Shown: piece by piece, positions 1 through 10,900 of the stretch
How the letters are laid out: each line of letters begins with the position of its first letter
How positions within the stretch are numbered: position 1 is the stretch's first letter
Origin: Antedon mediterranea
Lineage: Eukaryota; Animalia; Echinodermata
NCBI RefSeq assembly: GCF_964355755.1
Contig: NC_092678.1
Span: forward strand, 22,151,365-22,215,364
Reading direction: 5' to 3'
DNA length: 64,000 nt
Program-made: the position numbers and the translations under genes
The notes under the pieces: generated by a model
What the model was told of the DNA's origin: nothing
The model's input: only the letters and a program-made list of their open reading frames with translations
Databases searched by the model: none

Positions 1-91
1 TAAATTGTAGTGCCTGGTGATTGGCTAGTGGTTATGTCATCCACATCACATCCAATCACCGGGTCTAATTGAATGAAAACAGCGATTCCTG

Positions 92-1044
92 ATCCGGGAT
101 GCGATTTTTTTTTTCGTACATAAGTTGGGGACCCCTCATGAAACGTCACAAAATAAACATGAATAATTCATCAGTTAAATTTGTTGTTCCGTGTGCATCC
201 AAGCGTATAGCAACAAGAAGTGATTACACAACTGCGATACGATACTTTCTACAGTAGGCCTAGGATTTTAAGTCAATTCACGCGATTGCCTTCGCGCACT
301 CTTCTTCACACAAAATGTGTCCAGTCGAGGCTAATCGACAGCTAGGCAAGACATTAAACGAAGTAGTAATTCATTGGACATAGCCCAAAGAAAGCTTAGA
401 CCCACAAGAATAAAGAATGTGTATAATTTGTGTACTGTATTTTTTTAATTCTGCTATTTTATTATCAAACAATATGCATGATGTACTCAAAGGAACTTTA
501 AAAATGCGCGTATATGAACACATGAGATGGGAAGATTTGACCCACGAGAATAAAAAATATATTTTTGTGTAATTTATTGTTTAATTTTGCTGACTTATTA
601 CTCTGATTGTGTCATACCAAAGATAACTATCTTTGGTCATACCTAACACACACACGTCACACACACCCACAGCTACTACTAGAATAGAATAGACATGGGT
701 TTAGAGACTAATAATTAGGCCTAATAGTATTAATAGAAACTATAATTTTAACACGTAATTCTTTAGTAATAAATTATATTAAAAACACCATAAACTAAAG
801 GCTGATTATTTCGACAATCCACACAAAACGCCGCTATCTTCTATGAAATCGCACGCCGCAACAACAGCGGCGATAGGCCTACTAGAATAATCGTACCGCA
901 CTCTTGTGTAATCACTTCTTGTTGCTATACGCTTGGGTGCACACGGAACAAGAAAATTTAACTGATGAATTATTCATGTTTATTTTGTGACGTTTCATGA
1001 GGGGTCCCCAACTTATGTACGAAAAAAAAAATCGCATCCGGGAT
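92..1044. repeat. About 170-bp inverted repeat pair (92-261 / 874-1044); third partial copy at about 35856-35955
   Basis: cgtacataagttggggacccctcatgaaacgtcacaaaataaacatgaataattcatcagttaaat is mirrored at 955-1021. Confidence 0.85.
618..635. mobile_element. 18-bp palindromic insertion with 7-bp direct flanks (transposon footprint)
   Basis: gtcatac-caaagata ac tatctttg-gtcatac. Confidence 0.6.
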
Positions 1045-1588
1045 TGGCTGGCTATGTATAGTTGCGATTCGTTACCTAGCGGTCGTTTTGAAAAGTACAC
1101 GCAGGGCAAACTTAATCACGAACAAACGAAGTACCTATTATTATTCACACAAGAAGTAAGACAACGGTGAGTATATAGATCATGATTAGGCCTACACGTT
1201 GTATATCTACTACACTTAAGATTAAACTAGGCAGTATCAATGTCGGCAAATCATATAGTTTACTAGTAAGCCTAGAAGGCCTAGGCCTAGTATACTTGCT
1301 GATTTTGTAATTTTACATGTATGTAGGCTGAGACAACAAATAAATAGTTACTGTCTCAGATGTAGGGCTACTACAGGTCATAAAATGCTACTTTAATGTC
1401 ATAAAAACATTAGCGTAGATCAATCGCGGCAGAAACCTATACTAATTACAATTATAGCATCTACAATTCTAAGCCAATAACAATATAGTATTGTTTTTAT
1501 CTGGTATATTGATGAAGTAGGCCTACACTAGGGTCTTCACAATAACATACAATGTAATTTAATAACTGTTTTCAATAAACATTATACT

Positions 1589-1774
1589 CAGTGGCGTGAG
1601 GCAGAGGCCTGAAGCCACTTGTTTAGGAACCTAAGTGGCCCTCCAAGTTTCAAAGATCGAGGCCTCGGACGTTTTTAGCATTTTCGACATATTTTATGCC
1701 TGTTCCTCTGGGCACTGCTCATGGGCCCCAAGCTTCGGTTTAGCCAGTGAGCGCATATAGCCGTTACGCCACTG
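1589..1774. mobile_element. hAT-type MITE, 186 bp
   Basis: TIR cagtggcgt / acgccactg; perfect 8-bp TSD attatact (1581-1588, 1775-1782). Confidence 0.85.
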
Positions 1775-1928
1775 ATTATACTGTTCAAATATGTATGAAT
1801 ACATACAGTGCAACAAAGAACGCGCGAAAGAAGGTAGTCAACAACAAGGTTAAATGTCGTTGCACATGTGCAGTAAACAATATATTAGGCACGCGACCGT
1901 TTCGTTGTTACCATGCGGTTAATTAAAC

Positions 1929-1951
1929 CATGGAGGTATAATACCTCCATG
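1929..1951. mobile_element. 23-bp palindromic insertion with 7-bp direct flanks (transposon footprint)
   Basis: attaaac-catggaggtat a atacctccatg-attaaac. Confidence 0.62.
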
Positions 1952-2294
1952 ATTAAACTGTAACATTGTGGGCGGTCCGCGGTCTGTCGGCGAGAGTCAA
2001 GGAACCCTTGATCTCACGTCGATGCATATCCTTCTATTCTTTAATCCATGGTTTGACGTAGTTACTGCGGTCGTAATAAACACGTACCAATTAATTATTT
2101 TGTGTTTATTTTTTAAATTAAGATAATTGTCAGGCATAATTATTTCTTTATAAGTAGACAAGCTTAGTGGTAAAGTATTGAAAACTCTGAGGTGAGGTTT
2201 TTACAATTTTGAATCAATTATGTAATTATTGATTCGAGTGATCAATTGAAAGCAGCAACGAGCAAGTGTAACTACATGTGTCTTTATTGACTAA

Positions 2295-2452
2295 AGCTCT
2301 GTCTAGACTATCACATTTTATATGAAAAAAATGTGATGTGCCCATATATAGACATGATGATGTCATATCACTACCATATTTGGGCATATCACTACCCTAT
2401 TTGGGTACATTACACTTTTTTGTCAAACTAGTTTGATAGTATAGACATAGCT
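2295..2452. mobile_element. MITE family A (PIF/Harbinger-like)
   Basis: TIR agctctgtctacactatcaaact, internal 21-bp unit atatcactaccatatttgggc, TAA TSD. Confidence 0.85.
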
Positions 2453-2599
2453 TAATGCTTCTCATCACTACTTACTGACGACTTTTAAAACAAATTGAGA
2501 AAAAAAATATACTAAGAATTCATAAATTGATCTTGTTTTTCAGACGATAATATATTTTTTGAAAGAAAAAGTTGGCGCCAAGAGGTAATACGTCATGGC

Positions 2600-2926
2600 A
2601 TGCGATCTAAGTCAATTATAATTAACAATAACAGAAGTAGCATCGGACCTGAATCGGACTCACTTCCTGACGTCATACTTACGTCATCTCCGCGAAAAAC
2701 ACCACCTGAAGAGGTCAAGGGATTGGACTTAGGGGTGAAGCAGAATGATGTTACACTGGACTGCATTTCAGAGATGTTTTCTTCAATGACATATGAAAAC
2801 AATACACAGCATTGTTATGACAATAAGACCTGTGACGTGCCAGACGATTTGCATAATGATAGCGGAATATGTAATACGACTCATGAAAGTTTGACAAATA
2901 TGGAGTCGTTTGATACTCAACTTTAG
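2600..2926 (+). CDS. Uncharacterised 108-aa acidic, Ser/Thr-rich protein (orphan gene, or last exon of an upstream gene)
   Basis: Stop-free from acceptor ttgtttttcag (2543) through TAG 2926; higher GC than flanks; upstream donor-like sites at 1167 (gtgagt) and 2192 (gtgagg); ends in DTQL*. Confidence 0.5.
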   Translation: MRSKSIIINNNRSSIGPESDSLPDVILTSSPRKTPPEEVKGLDLGVKQNDVTLDCISEMFSSMTYENNTQHCYDNKTCDVPDDLHNDSGICNTTHESLTNMESFDTQL

Positions 2927-3739
2927 GCCGCTATTTCTGTGCGAACCTCTATACCTCTAGACCGTGGTTACCACCGCTTGAATAATCGAACTCTTTCATT
3001 TCATTTCATTTCATTTATTTATTCGACCAATAAACAGATACAGAACTGAACAGAAACAAAGAACAATGGTCAGGGGCAACTAAAGCAAAAATAATTACTA
3101 TAACTCAATAAGTCAGTTACCCCTTTCACAATACACACGACTTATTTAACTACTGTATGTATGTAAATAACATAGGCTTAATTAATAATGTTAAACAAAG
3201 TAATGTGCAAGTTTTATCCACTGTTCTCATTCGTCCCCGCTACATTTCCCCCGTATTGTACGTCAATTGTGATTTCATTAGTAGGCCTACAATCTGATAC
3301 CAATTAGTGACTTTTTTTGACTTAAAATACATTAATGACGTGTGTGCATCCATCGTTATGATTGTAATATAAATGTATATAATTGGAACATAATATTGAA
3401 TAAAATATGTGTTTTATTGTAACGATTATTATTATTATCATCAGTCTATCGTAGTCTCGATATCTACTTTAATCAACTTCACATCTCTCTTCAAAAAGAA
3501 TCTGTACATACAAAAAAAGGAACGTACCACTAAAAACAAAAGTTTCATAAGATTCATTACAAAAGTTATAAAAGTAACGCAATTTGTTACTTTTACCATT
3601 TAATGGTATAATTATGTACGCATGCGTAAAGTCATCGAGAGAGGAAAAGTTGTTGATTACCAGTACACATAGAGGGCGTGCATTTACATCGTCTGAGAGG
3701 TATATTCAGAGCGTCATTCTGACGATGGAGCATTCTCTA

Positions 3740-4980
3740 CTTCTCTACGGCGCGCAATTTATGCCTTTATTTACTTCAGAAATAGAAATAGTACTACGGT
3801 AACTGGTCCAGTGGATTAAATTTGACACCGATGGAGCACAGTGATATAAAATAGAAATAAGTCACTAATTTAAATATATTTTCGTATGTTAATACACTGT
3901 GCTCAAAGAGAGAGTGAGAGTACTAAAATATTTATTTTCAATTTAAAAAAAAAATAAATAAAAAAATATCCGTAGAGGACGTGCCAACCCAATGCTGAGA
4001 GCACTCAAACCTGAGATTTACCCGTTATGCCACAAAGTAGTACATGAATGAACAGCTGATAATAGTCTATTTATACGTGTATTACGTAATTCATTATTAC
4101 TGTTTCTGATTTTAAAAAAGGTCCACTTGATTTTGTTAATCAATGTTACCGTACTATATTGGTAGCGAAATGGCCAATTCGTGCAAGATATTTTATTGTA
4201 ATATGTTACGAATTATGGCCGCACCGTCTCAGAATAAACATCTTTTAAAGAGATAGTTTGTCTCCGATGTTTTTGTATGGGGTTAATGGAGAGTGAAATA
4301 AGATCAAAGTACAGAAAATTTACAAAGATGCCGATTTATCGACCAATTTCGAAGCCGGGCTAGGCCTCAGGCATATACGAAGTCGAGTTTTTAAATTAGA
4401 AAACCCCACCTAAAATGTTGAAAGTCGAATGTGGATAGTTGAACTTTTTTTAATTATCATAGGTGATTTTGTATAGTAATATGTATAAGTGCAATTCTGG
4501 GCTCTATTTTCATTATTCGCTCTGCCCGACCACGATGGGCTAGTATTGGAGACTTAATATTTTCAATGAATAGGTGCACTTTCCGGGAACACTAAATAAG
4601 TATTTATCTTAGACAAACGCAAGTTATTAAAAAAATAATTTTTCTTTTGCATTACGGATGGAGTAACCGATATTGAACATAGTATACCAGTGGGGCAAAA
4701 TTGGTCCACTCGAGCACAGTTAACATACGAAAAGATATTTTAAAAATGTAGTGACTTTATTTCTATTTTATATAATCACTGTGCTCCAATGACGCCAAAT
4801 TGGGTTCACTTGAGCACAGTGTATAAACATACGAAACGATAATATTAAAAGTAGTGACTTATTTCTATTTTATATCACTGTGCTACCCTGGTGCTAAATT
4901 TTGATCCACTGGACCAGTTATCGTAGTACTATTTCTATTATTGAAGTTAATAAAGGCATAAATGGCGCTCCGCAGAGAAG
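3740..4980. mobile_element. Foldback-like structure with long inverted arms (3740-3906 / about 4810-4980) and about 100-bp tandem subunits
   Basis: atagaaatagtactacggtaactggtccagtggat...gcacagtgatataaaatagaaataagtcact is mirrored at 4853-4938; extra subunit at 4700-4810; no clear TSD. Confidence 0.7.
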
Positions 4981-4996
4981 GCTCTGAAAACAAAAC

Positions 4997-7900
4997 ATGG
5001 CAGCCATCACTGACGGTACGTAGCCTGAGTCTCAAGCACATTTTATGTGGAATTGTTTATTTTTTAGTTACTTAGCTTTGGTTATCTTTATCCAAATAGC
5101 ATGAAAATCTATCCTGATATTGTAGATCACTTAAAATATATAACTAGGGGCCTAGGCAAGTTGAACTAGCCTGGCTAGGTAAGGCCTACATTGTTTACCC
5201 CGTCGTCGCGTCGACAGAGAGAAAGGCGGATTGGCGGATGGAGGAGAGAGATGCATGCAGCATTCGTCGTCGTTGGGCTTAGCTTTAGGTAGGGTTGGCC
5301 TGCTGAAAGAAAGTATTATTTACCAATTCATTTACCTTTCTTAAGCTTCACGATAGAATAATAATGTTCTTAGTTAGAGAATGTTAGACTAATTTATTGT
5401 TTAGAATAAAGAAAAGCAATTAATTTAAGGTACATTATTTTTTAACTTGACATTTCAGACGAAGTGATTTGTAAGCGCCTGCTTATTGAAGGTGAAAGTG
5501 GAGGAGATGATAGAAGAATAAGTACATTACTAAAGATGTTTATTAAATGGTGTACAACTGATTTAAATGAAGAAGAATGGTAATAATAATAAATAAATAC
5601 ACTGTGGCTATTTCTTATTGCTCTCTCAATTACAGTAAGGGTATTAACTTTTAAATAGAGAACTGTAACAGTTAAACCACAATTATTAGCTCCCAAAATG
5701 TAACCAACCAATCAGGACTTGGCTGACACCGGTTCTCTACTTGAATATTATCAAATTCTTAAGTTCTGTTTACACTATTATCAAACTAATTTGACAAAAA
5801 AATAAGTGTGATATGCCCAAATATGGTAGTAATATGCTTAAATATGGTAGTAATATGCTTAAATATGGTAGTGATTTGACATCATCACATATTGTAAGTT
5901 AATAAATGATATATAATTTGTTGATACTATAGTAGTTCAACATACCAGAAGATGTTGTCTACACTGGCGCAGATTGAATTTACAATGGAGAAAACGCATC
6001 TAATCCATGATATGAACATCAAAGAAATGGCTAGCTATGAGCAGATATACAGCAATATAGGTAAATCTATGATATCTTATGTATTTAATCACGAATAAGG
6101 ACAATGTACAGAATGGCATGACATTTGAAATGAAGCCTCTTTGTTCAAAACCTTAGCTATAAATTGTATTTTTTATTTTGTTCCCTAACACTGACAGGAC
6201 TGAATTTGGCAAACTGTCCCAAAGCAAGACTTTTCTTGAAGTCCAAAAGCTTCTAAATTCTTTTTGACCATTAAATACTTATTTTAAAGACCAGAGTTTC
6301 TGGAAAACCTGACGCAGCAGCATCGGCGCAGTCTGAGGGTGTCTGTTATTAGGAAAGTTTTTTAGACTAGCAAAATAATATATTGAGCAATTAAAGATAC
6401 AATAATTTCATGTATTATAATCTGTTTATTTCCAGAGAGCGAAATGGAGGAAGCCAAAGACGCCATAAGCACAAGTAAAGAAGAACTTAAGAAAGCAAAA
6501 CGTGTACGCAGAAACCGACAGGAATACGACGCACTTGCGAAAGTCATCCAGAAACAGCCAGATAGGAAGGACACAATGAAGTGAGTATTTTATTTATTTA
6601 AAAAAATGTTGTTTTAAATATCATACGCATACAACAGCGAGTAACTCGCCAATTCCAGGATGGATAAACTATTTTATAATTTATCGTGCCTTGGGATTTG
6701 AAGGCAAGCATGTTAACCACCAAGCTACTATATTATAATTAGGCATAAATCGCTGCTTGAATGAATTATTAGTTTTTAATTTGGATTATGACATGTGTTT
6801 TCATTTATTTTTTATATAGAAAGTTAAAAGATCTTGATGACAACTTAAAGGCGTTAGATGAAACCAAAATATCATTGGAAGAAAAGGTATGATACATTTT
6901 TACTAAATTAATTTTCTTTAAATGAAATTTATCTTAGAAAGAAATGACTGACTGCATGAATATTCACTAATATGCAAATAAAACCTGCACACATGCTAAA
7001 GACTACATATTATTACATTTTTAAAATATATTTCTAAACAATTTTTTCAATTTTCATATATTACATATGGGCCTATTTTCTACAAATTTTTCATCCAATC
7101 TAGTTCCTTATTTTTTTTTTTGATAAATAAACAAGAAATGTGAATAGCACCCTCTATTAACTCCACATATTTTGTTTAGCATTTAACTAGAACCTTGTTT
7201 TCACCCCGAGTTTCCCCAACCTCTGACCTCCTTCCTGTTTAGCCACAAGGAATCAGTAAATTATCTATTTCCTGTCAGCCTAAATGAGTAAAATCCTTTT
7301 ATTTACCTCCCTGTCTCATAATAATAATCTCCATTTCAGCCTTAATTATGGTAACTAAAAAAAAACATTCATTAAATGGCTTTAAATATACTGTATAACG
7401 CCTAAATAAATTCCTGTCATTTGATTGGACGATTGTGTGTCACATTTTAAATATCAAATCTTCTAACAGTATAATAATTATAAATGTCTAGTTTCTATTA
7501 AATCGATGAGTTTTTGGCAAGTTACTTTAATGATCTGTATGAAAATCATACCCCATTATCGCTTTACACACCTGGTTTTTATTCATAATTTTATTTTGCA
7601 CACCTGGTTTTTATTCATAATTGTGTTTTAGTGAGTGATAATAGATCATACAAGTTTCTTCAATCAACAGTGATTCATATTTTTTTTCAACTCTTTTATA
7701 TAATTCAAACTAAGTCCATTCAAATTTTCTATATGATGATTGAAAAATATGTACTGTACTACTAACGATTTGAACCAAAGATCTTTGGATTGGATCCACT
7801 AAGCTAAAATACCACTATTAATTAATGTTGTTTTTTTTTTAAAGCTTGAAAATCGACAGAAGCAATTCCATGTCCTAATCAATTCTGTGTTAGAGCTGCA

Positions 7901-10900
7901 AAGAATATTAGAAGGTAAGGTCGCATGATCTAATTAACATATCACATGGTCTGATTAACATATCACTAGGGGACTTCCCCCAGCCTTGCAATAGGTGTGC
8001 TTAAGTAAAATAGATGTCTTTTACCAATAAACCATGCCACATATTTAATTATGCTATAGACTATTATGATTTATATTTTTTGCCATGTAATGCAATATTC
8101 ATGTGTATTTCCAGGCCAGGAAGTTTTGGAAATTTATTAGTATTCCTTGTTGCGTAGTTACAGTTTTAATCCCGGTACGACTTTTCCGTGCAAGGCACTA
8201 TGAATCCCATGGCGTTGTGCGTTGAACTTTTGGATGACCTCACTGACAAGCTACCATGAAAACCTGTTGAAATTCCATCAATACTTCTGTATGATAGAAA
8301 TGGTACAGAGATTTTACAAATACCATTATCTGACTCAATGACCTTTAACCTTGGTGGTTCTCTCCCCCTTCATCAGGGGCAGGTGAAAGCACTCTGTCTC
8401 TGCCTTGCACGATATGTTGCAGGCTAGAGACTAGCTAATCTGATCGCAGGAAACCAAAGGATGGTATGACTCATTACTGGATGCTAGGATTTAAGTGTTA
8501 GTTGTGTGTCATTCTTAATCTTGTCATTCCTAATAGTATATGGTATGAATTCAGGTATAGCCCCACCCTGGGTCATAACTTCCCACCTTAGGTGCATATT
8601 GCACCATGGGTATTTTCCCTTCATTGGACTCGACCCCCCTATCAAAACCGAACGACCCTGATCACTGTAATTTTCAAGTCAGATGCATTAACTTGATAGT
8701 GTTCAATAGTAGATTTAGATGGAAGGCCTAAAACTATGTCTACACTATCAAACTAGTTTGACAAAAAAGTGTGATGTGCCCAAATATGGTCAAATATGGT
8801 ATTTATATGACATCATCATGTCCATAAAAGGGCACATCATATTTTTTGTCACATAAAGTTTGAAAGTGTAGACAGAGCTTAAAACTTGTTGATGGCCCAG
8901 GCCAGCTGATTCAGATTATCAAAAATTCTTTTCTGATAACCCCAGTCTAGTTTTGATCATCATAGCATGCCATAAGAAATTAGACAACAGGCATAAGATT
9001 ATGACTTTTGAACTAATGTGGGTGTACAAATTTTAGTTGACTGTGATGCATTAATTTCAAGGTTTTAAACTTTTTTCTCTTTATTATCATATTATATTTC
9101 ATTTTATATCGTTGCTTATCATCAATAAACAATCTCTAACTTATGTCATTTTTATCATATTTTGTAATTTTTTTAAATTTTGTCTGTCTGTCTGTTTTAT
9201 AAATAATTCAAAATAACATTCATCAAATAATACTATAAATTGTTAAATGGATGAATTGACATGTGTTGTCAAAGATGTCAAAAAGTAATTTAAAGTTACT
9301 AGTTTCTACGGAAATTTGGTTATTGTCTCATGTTACTTATATACTATTTTACCCTGTCGAAGGTTAATGCAATCATTCTTTAATAGAACTTGTGTTTCAC
9401 CCTTGATTGATCAATAATATTCTTGATTTTTTTGCTGAATAACGCCATAAAAACTACGGAATCCATGAGGATCTTGCACCTTAAATAACTTGTATTAATG
9501 TATCAGGTTTAATCAGTATTTAAATGTGTTTATGTCAACAATATTTTACTGCAATTACTGCAGTAACTACATATTTTGTTTGCTCTTCAACCTCATAAAC
9601 CTCTACTCTACATAAAAACAAAATCAATCAATGTTATTGCAGTAAATGTGTAGTTACTCTGCAGTAGAGTAATTTTGACATAATCCCCAATAAAAATACA
9701 CGATTTAATACTTGAATAATAGCCAATGTTTATTGCCAAGAACCGCAGCATTTAAAGATTTAAAGTCTTAAGCTCTGTCTACACTATTAAACTTTATGTG
9801 ATGTGCCCATATATGGACATGATGATTTCATATCACTTCTATATTTGGGCATATCACCACCATATTTGGGCACATCACACTTTTGTTGTTAGAGCTTAGT
9901 ATCAACAAAATTATGTTTTCCTGTCGAGACAAATATTACATTGCTCATTGCTGTACTAAATATTCAATTGTTTAATATAAATAGAAATATTAAGATTATG
10001 ATCCCATAATTATTATAACAAATTGATTTTATTATTATTTATAAGTTAAGCTTTGGTAATAAAAATCAATAAATGTTTGATTTCCTGTCCAGACAATGTA
10101 AATTGCTCTTTAGGTATTTATATTATGATGTTAAATGACATGTAGTGTTGCATAATGATACCTCCTCTATGGTTAAATAGTTAGCTGACCCTGTAGTGTA
10201 TCAACTTTCAGGTATAAACCAACCCCCTGTCCCCTACCACCTGAACGTATAAACCCCTGTCCCTACCACCTAAACTATTTATGTACAAACCCCCTCCCTA
10301 TACCACCTAAACTAATTGTTTTTTTAAAATTTTAATTGGAGAGGTAGTATATTTCTATTAATTAATGTAAATATTAGAATAATCATTGTGTGACCCCCTA
10401 TCCCCTACCACCTAAACTAATTATTTATAAACCCCTTCCCCTACCCCCTATACTAATTAAAACCTTTCCTTTGCCACCTAAAGTAAATTTAATTTGTGGG
10501 TGGGGAAGAGGTGGTATATTTCTATTAACTTAAATTTTAGAATAATCATTGTGTGTAAAAACTTTTTTTTTCTGATCGTGATTTTAAACTTCCTTCGGTC
10601 TCTGTCCATGACTCATTACCTGTCAGCCAGGCACGTTGCAATGCCATCACCATCAAATTTGTAGAGAATGACCAGTTTAACAAATTATTGTAGAGTATTG
10701 TTGACAAAAATTGATTTGCTACATAGTATAATCAACTAGTGACAAGCGTGACCTCTAATGTCTATGGGAAAAATAATATTACTAGAAAATAGCATAGGAA
10801 AAAAGTACAGCTAAATATAAAGAAAACATCAAATGATATACAGTACAGTGTTAACTCAACATTTAATATTTGTAAGTTTGACTTGTGTCCAGATATTTGC

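Noticed and set aside
3975-4035. Minus-strand tRNA-like segment inside the foldback structure
   Set aside because: An A-box-like word is present, but the B box and stems are too degenerate to support a call.
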